A DNA stretch of 64,000 nt, from NCBI RefSeq assembly GCF_009914755.1, contig NC_060926.1, one strand, 5' to 3'. This stretch comes from the human T2T-CHM13v2.0 reference genome, Homo sapiens. Of this stretch, positions 1-18,005 are shown piece by piece. Numbering within the stretch: the first letter of the stretch is position 1; each line of letters begins with the position of its first letter. A program made the translations under genes and the position numbers. A model generated the notes under the pieces. That model had not been told where the DNA came from. It was given only the letters and a program-made list of their open reading frames with translations, and did no database searches.

Positions 1-2679
1 TGAATTTGGCTTTCTAGTATTTTGTTGATGATTATTGCTTCAGTATTAATCAGACATTGGCTTGTAGTTTTATTTTACTGGTGTGTGTTTGTCTGGTTTT
101 TGGTATCAGAGTAATACTGGCCTTGTATCAGTTTGGAAGTATTCCCTCCTCTTTTATTTTTGGAAAAGTTTGGGTAGGATAGCTATTAGTTTTTTAAATA
201 TTTGATAGAATTCAGCAATAAAACCACTGGGTCCCAGGCTTTTTTTTTACTGGGAAATTATTTATTAAAGCTTTGATCTTGTTACCTGTTACTGGTCAGT
301 TCAGGTTTTGGATTTCTTCATAGTTCAATCTTGTTAGGCTGTATGTGTCCAGAAATTTGTCTATTTCTTCTAGATCTTCCAATTTATTGGCATATAGTTG
401 CTCATAGTAGCTAGTAACAATACTTTGAATTTCTGTGATATCAGTTGTAATGTCTCCTTTTTCATCTTTTTTCATCTCTGATTTTAGTTATTTGGGTTTG
501 TCAATTTTGTTTACATTTTTAAAAAACAACTTTTTGTTTCATTAATCCTTTGTATTCTTTATTTCCATGTCATTTATTTCTACTGTGATCTTTATTGTTT
601 CTTTTCTTCCACTAATTCTGGGTTTGGTTTGCTTTTGATTTTCTAGTTCTTTAAGATATATTGTTGATTGTTTATTTGAAGTTGTTTCTCTTTTTTGATG
701 TAGGCTCTTATACCTATAAACTTCTCTCTGAGTGCTGCTTTTGCTGTATCCCATAGGCTTTGGTATGTTGTGTTTCCATTATCATTTGTTTCAGGAATTT
801 TTCAGTTTCCTTCTTAATTTCTTCATTGACCCACTGGTCACTCAGAAGCATATGGTCTAATTTCCATGTATTTGTATAGTTTCCAAAGTTCCTCCTGTTA
901 TTAATTTCTAGTTTTATTCCATTGTGATCATAGAAGATGTTTGACATTATTTCCTTTTTTTTAATGTATTAAGACATATTTTATTACCTAAAATATGGTC
1001 TGTCCTTGAGAATAATCCATCTGTTGAGGAAAATAATGTGTATTCTGCAGCTCTTGGATAAAATGCTCTGTAAATATCTCTTAGAGCCACTGAATCTATA
1101 GTGAAGATTAAGTCCAATGCATATTTGTTGATTTTCTGTCTGGAAGATCTGTCCAACACTGAAATTGGCATGTTGAAGTCTTCTGCTATTATTGTTTTGG
1201 GGTCTCTCTCTTTAGCTCTAATGATATGTCCTTTATATAGCTAAGTGCTCCAGTGTTGGGTGCATATATATTTAAAATTGTTTTATCTCCTTGCTCAATT
1301 GACCCTTTTATTATTGTATAATGACCTTCTTTGTCTCTTTTTATGGTTTTTGTCTTGAAACCTATTTTATTTGATATAAGTGTAGCAACTTCTGCTCCTT
1401 TTTGGGTTTCAATTGGCATGGAATATCTTTTTCTGTCCCTTTATTTTTAGTCTGTGGTGTGTCTTTATAGGTGAAGTGTGTTTCTTGTAGGCAACAGATC
1501 AATGGTTCTTGTTTTTTCATCCATTTAGCCAGTCTCTGTCTTTTGATTGGAGAGTTTAGTCCATTTACATTCAATGCTTTTATTGGTAAATATGGAGTTA
1601 ATCTTACCATTTTGTTATATTTCTGGTTGTTTTGTGGACTGCTCTTCCTTGTTTCTTTCCTTCCTGTCTTTCTCTAGGGAAGATGAGTTTCTCTGGTGAA
1701 ATAACTTAGTTTCTGGCTTTTTATTTTCTGTGTATCCATTGTGTGTTTTTCGGTTTGAGATTACCATGAGGCTTGTTAATACTATTTTATAACCCACTAT
1801 TTCAACCAGATAATGACCTAACACTATTTGCTTAAACAAACAAGCAAAAAGACTCTAGTAAAAACTCTATGCCTTAAATTCATCTTCCTGCTTTAAAACT
1901 ATTTATTGTTTCTATTTATGTCTTCACAAGTTATTGTAGCTATTATTTTGCATTGGTTCATCAATTAGTCTTTCTACTTAGGGCATGAGTAGTTACACAC
2001 TACAGTTACAGTGTTATAATATTCTGAGTTTTTTTCTGTGTATTTACTATTACCAGTGATTTTTATACCTTCAAGTGATTATTTATTGCTCATTAATTTC
2101 CTTTTCTTTCTTATTAAAGTACCCCCTTTAGCACTTCTTATAGGACGGGCCTTGTAGAATGACTTTGGAAGTATCCCATCTGGTATTAATGAAACCCTTC
2201 AGCTTTTGTTTGTCTGGGAATGTCTTTATTTCTTCTTCATGTTTGAAAGATATTTTCACCAGATATACTATTGTAAGGTAGAAGTCTTTTTTCTTCAGCA
2301 CTTTATATGTGTCATACCACCCTCTCCTGGCCTGTAAGGTTTTCACTGAAAAGTCTGTTGCCAAACATTTTGGATCTCTATTGTAGGTTATTTGTTTCTT
2401 TTCTCTTGCTGCTTTTACAATCCTTTTTTAAAAATAGTTGATCTTTGGGAGTTTGATTATTAAATGCCTTCAGGTAGTTTTCTTTGGGTTAAATCTGCTT
2501 GGTGTTCCATAACCTTCTTTTAATTAGATATTGATGTCTTTCTCTAGATTCAGGAAGTTCTCTATTATTATCCCTTAGAATAAACCTCCTAGTCCTGTAT
2601 CTTTCTCTATCTCTTCTTTAAGGGAAATAACTCTTAGATTTTCCCTTTTGAGGCTATTTTTTAATATTCCGTAGGCATT

Positions 2680-2988
<309 letters not shown>

Positions 2989-3712
2989 TAATTGCTTTTT
3001 GTTCTTTTTTTCTTTTGTCTCCTCTGACTGTCTATTTTGAAATAGCCTGCATTCAAGCTGACCAATTATTTCTTCTGCTTGATCAATTCTGCTACCATAA
3101 GACTCCGAGGCATTCTTCAGTTTGCCAATTGTATTTTTTAGCTCCAGAATTTCTGCTTGATTCTTTTGAATTATTTCAATCTCTGTTAAATTTATCTGAT
3201 AGAATTGAATTCTATGTATGTTTTATCTTGAATTTTTTTCAGTTTCCTCAACACAACTATTTTAAATTCTATGAAAAGTCCTATATCTCTGTTTCTCCTG
3301 GATTGATCACTGGGTGCCTTATTTAGTTCATTTGATGAGGTTAAGTTTTCCTGGATGTTGTTGATGCTACTAGATGTTCTTCACTGTCTGGGCTTTGAAG
3401 AATTAGGCACTTATTGTAGTCTTCACTGTGTGGGCTTATTTGTAGCCATCTTTCTTGGGAAGACTTTCCAGATATTTGAAAAGACTTGGGTGTTGTGATC
3501 TAAGTTATATTGCTTTAGGGGACACTCCAAGCCCAGTAACACTGTGTTTCTTGCAGACTTGTAGAGCTATCACCTTGATGGTCTTAGACAAGATCCGAGA
3601 GAATTCTCTGGATTACCAGACAGAGACTCTTGTACTCTTCTTGTACTTTCTCCCAAACAAACAGAGTCCGTCTCTCTCTCTCTCTCTCCCTCTGTCTTTT
3701 CTGAGCCACCTA

Positions 3713-3915
3713 ATTTATAGCTAACATGCTCGAACCTACATATTTACGAAATGTTGTTACTCATAGTTATCACCGTGGAACACTTTAAGTGTATTCCAAT
3801 GATGTTACCTCTCAAAACACCACAGCTATCAGTACAAATACTCACCAGTTTGGGACTTTCTTTATAGTCATACCTTACTTTTAATAAAAATAATATGACC
3901 CAAAAAGATTATACA
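3713..3915 (-). repeat. Inverted duplicate of 4531-4734 inserted into the L1 5'UTR
   Basis: Reverse complement aligns end-to-end with 4531-4734; about 23 differences in 204 nt by hand count. Confidence 0.95.
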
Positions 3916-5022
3916 AGCACCATCCCAATGACTGTATTGGGTCAGATCTGAAGCCAGAACAGCACTGGGTCTTGCCCAAGGTTTGCTGTAACCACTCCCT
4001 GGCTACTGCCAATGTTCACTCAAGTAACTGGAACTCTACAATCCACAGGTGGCAAAGCCAGCCATACCTGTGTCCTTCCCTTCAGGGCAGCAATGTTCCC
4101 CAGGCCCTGGATGGGCCCAGAGGTACTGTCTGGGAGTCAGAGACAACAGTCAAAAACCTTATAAGTCTATTTGGTATTCTGTTGTATTGCAGTTGAGGTG
4201 ACACTCAAACCCCAACACAGTCCTTCCCACTCTTCCCTCACCTTTCCAAAGGCAGAGGAGCCTCACCCAGTACCCACCACCACCTTAAGCCACAGAGAGT
4301 ACTGCCAGATTACCAGCCAGTGTTATGACCCAAGCTCCTTTAAGTTAGCTTGTGTTGAATGCTGCCTGGCCTGGAGCTCACCCTTTAGGTCAGTGGGCTC
4401 CCCTCTGGCTGAGGGAAGGTCTAGAAAAAGGCACATTGATTTTGGATAGTAATACAGAGTGAAACTTGCAGAATTACCTCAATTTTCGGAAGCAGCTTTA
4501 CATTAATTAGAGGTTAGTTTAGTAAAAAAATGTGTAATTCTTTTGTGTCATATTATTTTTTCTTAAACATAAGGTATGACTATAAAGGAAGCCCCAAACT
4601 GGTAAGTATTTATGCTGATAGCTATGGTGTTTTGAGAGGTAACATCATTGGAATGCACTTAAAGTGTTCCAAGGTGATAACTTTGAGTAACAGCATTTCA
4701 TAAATACGTAGGTTCTGGCATGTTAGCTATAAATAAAATAATTCTTACTATATTATAGTTCTCTCTAACACACACACATACATACGCAGTGAACTTTATG
4801 CTGATATTATATATAATTTAAATTTCACAGAGATCCAAAGGTTTTATTTACAAAGATCTTAAGTGATATTGACGGGAAATTAGTCATATTCATTTGTAAC
4901 TACGAGGCAAGAATAAGGTTATATTTTGAGATATTCCTGAGATCTGCAAAAGTAGTTTCTTGAATAATGAAGCATTAAAATAGCCACAAAAGCACATTTT
5001 TGGCATTTCTTTAGAAATTGAG

Positions 5023-5044
5023 GAAGCCTGCCCTCTGGAGGTTG
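5023..5044 (-). promoter_or_regulatory. Possible CTCF core motif
   Basis: Minus strand CCTCCAGAGGGCAG (5028-5041) resembles the CTCF core CCASYAGRKGGCR. Motif match only. Confidence 0.25.
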
Positions 5045-5769
5045 AGGTAAGGCAAAGATGATTTGCGTATTTAGTTTATGGTCTCGCCAAAGGGCAAGGC
5101 ACTGTGATTATTGGTTTCTCAGGCACACATAATAGATATGGAAATGGGCATTTCATAATTTTTTTCTAGAAAAGGAGTTCAAATATTTCAGTAAAATACA
5201 AACATTATATCCTTTATTACCCAGATAATATTTACTGAATTGTACACAATTTTAAAAACAACCAAATTTGTATTAATAAAATTTAACTTTTAATAGGAAA
5301 GAAACATTTATCATTTTTACAAGCTTCCATAATGAGCTCACTGGTAACTATGTTTTGCTTTTATCTTTATTGCCAATATTATGATTACATTAAATGGTAG
5401 ATAAATAATATGGATTATTAACCCTATATGTAAATGTAACACATGTTGTCTGGACTGAGAATGATTTCTAGGTGAATTAACACATGATTGCAGCCACCCT
5501 TGTTGAAAATAGAAGAGCTTAGGGTAGTCTTGTAAGGTCTGTGATAATACACATTTTCTAGTTTTTATGCTTTGTATGTGCATTGAAATGATATGGATAT
5601 TGTGACTTCTTTATTAATTCTGATGCTTAGCTATTTATTTTTGTGTTCTCCATTGAAATAGACTCCTGAGACAGAGGCTGTTTTTCCTGCTGTAGAAATG
5701 CTATGATATGAGTGAGTGGTTTATAATTTCTATAATTCTCTTTTCACTGTAACCTATTAGGGCTCCATT

Positions 5770-5900
5770 CCAAGATCTATTTCTGACTCCTTTGACATTG
5801 GGAAAATTACTTTATACCCTTCCTCAACGTGCTTTCCCTCATCTGTAGAATAAGAAGACTTAGCTCTACTTATCTCAATGGGAAATGTGTTTTATTAAAG
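5770..5900 (+). mobile_element. MIR fragment
   Basis: Core-like tgacattgggaaaattactt...ttccctcatctgtagaataag. Confidence 0.55.
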
Positions 5901-6849
5901 GCCTATTAGCTTCTTGAAATATAAAATTGTAGTTTTGGTGGTGTTTCCTTTACTGTGGCACTTGGCATCAAATCTTCTTTTGAAATCTTTATAAATGCCG
6001 CTCCATATAAGTGTGCTTTGCAAGGACAAGTGGAAAGTAGTTTGCTTTGCTACAAAAGAAGAAACTGCCTTTATTCTAATAACAGCTAAACCCAAGCAAG
6101 TTCCCTCCAAATGATGGCAAATATTTTTTAAGCTTTTAAAATACAATAAAAATGGCATAACTATACATACAGAATGGAACGAAATATAATTATTATGGGA
6201 CTATTGTGAAATATATATTTTATATATATTATGCTTCAGTTTATTTAAAATTTTTAGCTTGAGAATTTATATAAATGAAAATATTCAAATTTATAGGGAC
6301 AAGTATATCAGAGGTAAAATTTTAAAATTATTAAAAATGTTGAGTTTCCTACTTATTTTTTTATACCTTCACCAATCCAATTCCTATTTAAGTAAGCAGA
6401 TATTTGTTTTATAAGTGAGGAATTAAAGAATGTTTTTTAGGGATGGTACACTCCATGGAGCCAATATACAAATTGGCTTAAATACCGAATTTTCTGCCCA
6501 TCTCATGCACATGTTGTTTAGAAAAGCACCTTCTCATCATAGGTCCCAAACTTTTTGTTCTAACCATGAACATGCCTATATTTTCTTTAACAATGAAGAT
6601 GGTGTAGAGAGTGGGTGAGGGAGTTGGTTATGAGAGTGGAAGAAGAAAATGAGATATCTAATTTATTCCAGACTCTTTGTTGATTATTTGAATACATGAT
6701 CCTTAAGGATTCCAAAGTTAACTGAAAAGTGGAAAGGCTTATTTGATTCCTTATGTCTTACTTGAAGGCTTATTATGATCCCAGAGTAACTCATTCATGA
6801 ACTGTAATCTCTAGGAGCCTATTTCTGTGTGACATTTGTCTTAAACTGC

Positions 6850-8500
6850 ATTATTGGGCACAGAATCACTCCCTCCATTGTAAGAGGTCTTTACCTCTCC
6901 ACGCATTGTCCTGTGAGCTGTAGTCCCTCTTTCTGGTGGAGGCTATTTTCCTGACTTTTGGATAATGGAATACAAACAAATGTGACATATGTCACATCCA
7001 AACAGAATATTTGAAGGAGATCACTTAATACACCTTGGCCTCTTGCTTTTGCCCCTGCCATAAAAACAGCATGTCCCAGACAGCACCTTCACACTGCGTC
7101 CTAGAATGGGAAGACATGCAACAGAGCCAAGTAGAGTCCAACAGTGTCTCAGCAGCCACAGCCTGACCACAGCTTACATATAGTGTAAGAGAAACTTTTG
7201 AGACAATTTACTGAGCTATGCGGGTTATTACAGCAACAAAAATGCCCACTTTAGAAAATAGCTTTCAAACCTTGTGGTCTGCTCTAACAAAGATGTCTAA
7301 TGTATGTGACAAAGATTTTGCTGGGCATCAGGAGGAAGAGAGACTTTTTTTTTTTTTTTTTTTTGAAACTGGAAAACTGTTTTTATAGAGTGGCAAAACA
7401 TTTTGTAGTATTTTGTTTGAGATAGTTCAGAAGACAGTTGATATACTATAAAATGTGGCTCGGACAAAAAAGTTTCAAAACAGTACAATACTGGCGTTTT
7501 GAGTTGATTGTGATTTGTTGCATTTGAGAAGGCACTATGAGAAGACTGAGGTCAGAATAGAATTGATGTATTTGAAAGTAGGAAAGAAAGGAAATAGATC
7601 CTAGCAATTCTAAAATTTGCAAAATTAAGAAATGAAATGATTTTTCAATTTTAGTCAGTAAACAATTTAATTAGAAAGGCTTTTGAACTACAGTCTCAAG
7701 GTAAATACTAAACATGACCATGTTATGCTGCCATTTTCCTCATAGATTAAGGCGGTCTTTCAGATGAACAAAATGGCTCAGGGGAGAGTGGGGGGAATGG
7801 GACAATTCCACAAAACCTGATAGATGAAATTACCTAAAAATTAAGAAAGAGCTATGTTCAAATACAAACAGCGGAGGTAATGATTGCATATGGTACTGAC
7901 TATAATAATTACTACAAACAAACACTTCTTTGAGAAATTTATGTTAGCAGAAGTAACAAAAGCCTGTAACAAAACACTGTGACAGTTTAAGATATCAGTA
8001 AGTCCTTGGGCTCCTATTATTGACAGAGAGAAGAAAGAATTGAAGCTCAAAAAAGTCACACATGCCACAGAATTTGAAAATCTGGGAAAATGCTGGAAGA
8101 ACTGCTTACCACAAAGTAGGCAGTGATATTTTACGGAGTCCCTGTTCTGTTCTGTTCATTGTTCTCCATGCATTTTGGCTCCATGCTCCAAGAAGTTCTT
8201 TCTTTTCTATTATCCTCCTTGACTGTTGCTGAAGAGAAAAAATGGAGAATCTTTATTATGATTTCTTGATTCATCTCAGTCTTCTTTTTTTTTTCCTGTT
8301 CTCTGCCATAAGAACAAAATACCCCAGACAGGGGATCGTTCTTCATTCTTCAGTCTGTGTTCAGAATGAGGAGATGTTGGAGGGCTGGTCAGACCCATAT
8401 CAGCCATTGCCGACCTACAGCTTGCATGTAATACAAGTGAGAAATGTTATTGTTCATTTCAGCTCCCTGCTGAAATGTTGAGTTGTTCAAAACTGATCAA
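6850..8500 (+). mobile_element. Degenerate MaLR (MLT1-type) element: LTR ~6850-7240, internal remnant, second LTR piece ~8180-8500
   Basis: Two related LTR-like segments (tgccataaaaacagcatgtcccagacag / tgccataagaacaaaataccccagacag) and an MLT1-like 3' end ttattacagcaa. Confidence 0.5.
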
Positions 8501-9089
8501 GGCATAATTTTTCTTATTAAATATTCACACACTTGTTACTAGTTGCTATTACTCTTTCCATTTTACAAATCATGAAACTTGCTCTAAAATTAATATATTA
8601 ATTCTTTCAAGAATATAAGATGCATACTCCATACTGTAAGAGACACTACCTTAACTGCTCCAATTTAATAACAAAATTTCTAACTTTCACATAAACCATT
8701 GGTTCCCAGATACAGACAAGAAGCTTTGTCCAACTCACTCAATGAAGAAATATAAATTTACTCATGGAGTACACATAAGGTGAAAGGTAGAACGAGGAAG
8801 AACCCAACATAAAGAGGAGAAACACAACCTAAATATTAAATAGCAACACAAAAGTGTTCACAAAATCTTGTATATGAAGATAATCAAGAAACATAGTAAT
8901 TCAAAAGGAGAGATGAATACAAATTGTATTTTTCTGAATATGGGCTTTTAAAAATGCAGGATTTCTGGATGCTATGTTATGTTTTATAATGAAATTTTCT
9001 GTAAGGATTTACTGTATCTTTTGACTCCCCTTGATTATATAAACTTTTCTCAATTAAACATTTCTTCTCTGAATAGGAACATGCACTAC

Positions 9090-9156
9090 TTATTTGTAGC
9101 TCTACTTTCCATGCTTGGCACATAAGAGGTGCTCAATAAATATTTGTTGAATTGAA
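9090..9156 (+). mobile_element. L2 3' end fragment
   Basis: tgcttggcacataagaggtgctcaataaatatttgttgaattgaa is the typical L2 terminus. Confidence 0.7.
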
Positions 9157-9232
9157 CTGGACTTACAATAAAAAACTTTAAATACTGTATAGTTTAGCAT
9201 CATCATTGTTGGTGAAAAGTAATTGGCTAAAT

Positions 9233-9416
9233 CAGGGATTGACAAGCTACTGTCTGCAAGCCAGTTTCAGCATGCACCCAGTTTTTGTACAGCCCTCAAG
9301 CCAGGAATGATTAAAACAAAACAAAAACAAGAATGTGAAATAGAGACTCTATGATGCCTGCAAAACCTAAAATATTTCCTGGCTGGCATTGTATAGCCAA
9401 TTTTTGCTGAGCGCTG
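9233..9416. mobile_element. MER58-like hAT-Charlie MITE
   Basis: Termini cagggattgacaagct ... tttgctgagcgctg; internal gcaaaacctaaaatattt motif. Confidence 0.7.
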
Positions 9417-9499
9417 GTTTGAATTCAAAGAATACTTCCTGGACTTAATCCCAGACGTGTGGAATTTATGCAATAACATATGTAATAATATTTCAGATT

Positions 9500-9920
9500 A
9501 AGGAACAACATTATAAACAGAGGAAAATGCACATGGTAAGAGGAAATTTGCTGGGAACTTCTGGGAAAATTATTTTCAGTTTCAAAAAGGGATGAGGAAT
9601 AAGTGCAGCATTTTTCTTCTCTCTAGTCTTTGAGCATTGTTGTGTGGGAATGTAATACCTGAAGGTGCTTGCAGCCATCTTGAGACTATAAAGGGACAAG
9701 CCTGATCATAAAAGCCAACACATTGAGGACTGTACACTGAAAAGATGGAAAAAGCCTTTGTCCTTAGTGATGTCATTAAGCATCAGAATTTCCAAACCTA
9801 GAAATATCATAATTATGTATCTTTCTATAAGTGAAAATATTAAAAATTTCTGGTATTTTTAAGTCAATTGATTCAAATTTTATATTCCTTGCATGTGAAA
9901 ACATCCTTAGAGTTTGGTTG
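9500..9920 (+). mobile_element. MLT1 (MaLR) LTR
   Basis: gcagccatcttgagactataaaggg; 3' end attccttgcatgtgaaaacatcct. Confidence 0.6.
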
Positions 9921-10135
9921 CAAAGTAGAATAAGTAGATATTCTTTTAAATATCTGTCTTGGGTTTGTAAACTGCTTAGAAAATGAGAGGACAACTGGAC
10001 AAACGAGCAGCTTATGTAGACTTGACATGATTTATTTAATTGCTATATTATTGTAGTAAACAAGTGAAAAACAGTCTTAGAAAAATCTAAGCCATAATGT
10101 TCCCAACACAACATAAATGATCATGAAGTAAAAGT

Positions 10136-10215
10136 ATAAATTGGTGCAAAAATAATTGCAGTTTTTACCATTGAAAGTAATGGCAAAACCCACAATTACT
10201 TTTGCACCCACCTAA
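10136..10215. mobile_element. MADE1 (Hsmar1-derived 80-bp MITE)
   Basis: Long inverted arms ttggtgcaaaaataattgcagtttttaccatt / aatggcaaaacccacaattacttttgcaccca; 80 bp. Confidence 0.92.
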
Positions 10216-10276
10216 TAATACTCAGACAAGGCCATTGTGCAGCCATGTTTGAGAAGACAGAAGGAGACTCTTCTCA

Positions 10277-13299
<3,023 letters not shown>

Positions 13300-13311
13300 A
13301 AAATTTTAGGC

Positions 13312-13314
<3 letters not shown>

Positions 13315-13358
<44 letters not shown>

Positions 13359-13363
13359 TTTTT
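13315..13363. repeat. (AT)n + poly(T) tract, tail of the adjacent L1
   Basis: Direct reading. Confidence 0.9.
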
Positions 13364-14482
13364 ATTATACTTTAAGTTCTAGGGTACATGTGCACAACGT
13401 GCAGTTTGTTACATATGTATACATGTGCCATGCTGGTGTGCTGCACCCATTAAATCATCATTTACATTAGGTATATCTCCTAGTGCTATGCCTCCCCACT
13501 CCCGCCACCCCACAACAGGCCCCGGTGTGCGATGTTCCCCTTCCTGTGTCCAAGTGTTCTGATTGTTCAATTCCCATCTATGAGTGAGAATATGCAGTGT
13601 TTGGTTTTCTCTCCTTGTGATAGTTTGCTGAGAATGATGGTTTCCAGCTTCATCCATGTCCCTACAAAGGACATGAACTCATCATTTTTTATGGCTGCAT
13701 AGTATTCCATGGCATATATGTGCCACATTTTCTTAATTCAGTCTGTCGTTGTTGGACATTTGTGTTGGTTCCAAGTCTTTGCTATTGTGAATAATGCTGC
13801 AATAAACATACGTGTGCATGTGTCTTTATAACAGCATGATTTATAATCGTTTGGGTATATACCCAGTAATGGGATGGCTGGGTCAAATGGTATTTCTAGT
13901 TCTAGATCTGTGAGGAATCACCACACTGTCCTCCACAATGGTTGAACTAGTTTACAGTCCTATCAACAGTGTAAAGGTGTTCCTATTTCTCCACATCCTC
14001 TCCAGCACCTGTTGTTTCCTGACTTTTTAATGATCGCCGTTCTAACTGGTGTGAAATGATATCTCATTGTGGTTTTGATTTGCATTTCTCTGATGGCCAG
14101 TGATGATGAGCATTTTTTCATGTATCTGTTGGCTGCATAAATGTCTTCTTTTGAGAAGTGTCTGTTCATATCCTTCACCCACTTGTTGATGGGGTTGTTT
14201 TTTTCTTGTAAATTTGTTTGAGTTCTTTGTAGATTCTGGATATTAGCCCTTTGTCAGATGAGTAGGTTGCAAAAATGTTCTCCCATTCTGTAGGTTGCCT
14301 GTTCACTCTGATGGTAGTTTCTTTTGCTGTGCAGAAGCTCTTTAGTTTAATTAGATCCCATTTGTCAACTTTGTCTTTTGTTGCCATTGCTTTTGGTGTT
14401 TTAAATATGAAGTCCTTGCCCATGCCTATGTCCTGAATGGTATCGCCTAGGTTTTCTTCTAGGGTTTGGTTTTTATGGTTTT
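13350..14482 (-). mobile_element. L1PA4/5-like 3' fragment (~1.1 kb), 5'-truncated
   Basis: Poly(T), 3'UTR and ORF2 C-terminus ([21 protein letters not shown]) on minus strand. No TSD evident. Confidence 0.92.
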
Positions 14483-14744
14483 AAACCAATAATATCAGTA
14501 GTCCTACTTTAATCCCCTACCTCTTAGGATAAAAATTCAGGTATTCATTGTTGTCACCTTTGACACTGTCCAAGGCAAAACAGCATCCTTTGTCCCTCTT
14601 AAGAATTATCAAGCTCTAATCTGAATCCTCTCCCAAGTCCCTCTTACTGATATGCTTCCAGATATGTTTTTCCTGCTGTAAAAAGCTAAAGAAACCTAAC
14701 AGTCTTTACTACAAGTTTTTTCCTGGTGATTAAAACAAATTAAT

Positions 14745-15710
<966 letters not shown>

Positions 15711-17062
15711 AAATTCAAGGAAATGGCTAAGCATACCTTTAATTTCCAACATATACAAAATAGAAAATATAATCTATGTTTCCCCTATCCCTCAGGTTGT
15801 ATTTGTGTGCAGTTCAATTCATATTTCTGAATCACACAGCTGAGGATATAAAGTATTCTTCTTAGAAGAAATAAATATGCTTAAGCTACACATAAAATAA
15901 GACATTATCTCACCAAGTAGTCATTTTTTTCCCATTCAGTTTACTCCCTTTCACCATTGTAGATGATAATAAACTTGAGCAAATATTAGGTTTTTTCCTT
16001 TCAAAGTTTTAAGAATGTTTCATATAGATAGATTCTAGATATATGTTATTTACAGACATTTTGAAGCCATCACCTCTTCCAAGAAATGCCTCCTCTTTGT
16101 TTGCCTACTACAATATTTTTCACCATAGGAGACATTTATCACCTGGTGGTGAATTACCTGTTGTAGTTTACCAGCTTGTTCCTCTTTGCCATGTTTTTCA
16201 GGAGTGGCTAGCTAAGGTGTCCAGTGAGTGATCTATTTCCAAGGATAGTCTTCTTAGCGTATTTTCAGAATTCCCCAATCTTTGGAACTGTGATGCTAGA
16301 GATTTATGAAAGTCTTTATTATGGCTTTGGCATCCTGTATAAAAGCCTCTGCATTTTTCATAGCAAAACATTTATAGTACTTTTTTCTCTAGCATTATGG
16401 TTTTATAAATATCTTATTATAACCAATAAAGTCTGTGGACAGAACTGTCAATCTTTTCTTTTAATAATTTCCGATGTCTGACTTAAATTCTACAGACCCT
16501 AAAGATTTAAAAATCAAATTAGCTACCTTTTGAGTGCTGTTGAATTAAAGATCATCATTTTCCATCGTCTCATTGAAAGATGTCAGATGTAATGCAGAAG
16601 AATTTCCATAACTTTGTGTGGCATATTGGTGAATTGTCAGGAACACAAACAGAAGTTATACAGGGAGTCAGTAGTCCAGAACCACCGGGAAAATTATTTA
16701 GTAAATGAGTCACACATAATTTTAAGTTTTATGATTTTATTCAGAAAAAACACTTGAACATAACTAAGAAAATAAGCATAAGTAATTAACCAAATTAGAA
16801 CTCTTACCTTTTATGTAACCTACACTTATATTCAGAAGAGCACTTTTGTTGAAAATTGTATGAATCATGAAAGTAATAGAATGTAGTACATGTCTATTCA
16901 ACTCACACTTCTTTCTGATAATACACTGATGGGACATTTTATAATTGTTCTTGATGACATCTACTCTGAGAGGTAAAGACATGAAATCCATACTCCTAGA
17001 CTCTCTTCTTCATCCATTCATCCTTGGGAGAAGTGGTTCATTATGATACTAACTTTTGATGA

Positions 17063-17386
<324 letters not shown>

Positions 17387-17394
17387 TGAAAATC

Positions 17395-17560
17395 TTTACT
17401 GAGCACAAATTACACACTAAGCACTGCTATAGATTTTTTTTTTTTAACTTGCTTTCTCTTCCTGTGGTTCTCTCTTACCTCTGGGAGGCAGGCATCTTGA
17501 TCTCTAATTTGCGAATGTGAAAACTGAAGTTGAGAAAAATTAGGTGCTAAAGCAGAGTGA
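17395..17560 (-). mobile_element. MIR fragment
   Basis: tttgcgaatgtgaaaactgaagttgagaaaaattagg core-like sequence. Confidence 0.55.
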
Positions 17561-17932
17561 TTTTAGAAAGCATTAGTTTCTAAGAAGTGTGGAACTGATA
17601 ACTACTTTAGAGGAAATTTGTTCTTGAAAGCAGGGGAAAAAAAAACCACTTTCTAAGAAAGGCAAATGGAGGTGAGACTCTTGAAGCAAAGCATGTGCTT
17701 TATTATTTTCCTTTGATCCTTTGGTAGACCCAGTTTAGGCTTCCTGCCCAGTTGAAACATTTTTTTCTGAGAAATTTTGCCATCCCCCAAGTGGCAATCA
17801 TAAAAGATAGTACACTACCTTTCCACAATGCATTTTCTTTTGCTTCAGGTAATTTGAAGGGAGTTCCTGGTATTTGCAACCAAGAAACTTTAAACAGATT
17901 TTTTCTAGAACTCTCTACTCATAGTACAGTAA

Positions 17933-18005
17933 ATATGTATATATATATATATATACACATATATATGTATATATATATACACACATATATATGTATATGT
18001 GTATA
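17933..18005. repeat. (TA)n/(CA)n compound microsatellite
   Basis: Direct reading. Confidence 0.9.

Noticed and set aside
10136-10215. Long hairpin as a novel miRNA gene
   Set aside because: Explained by MADE1 terminal inverted repeats; no expression evidence is available from sequence.
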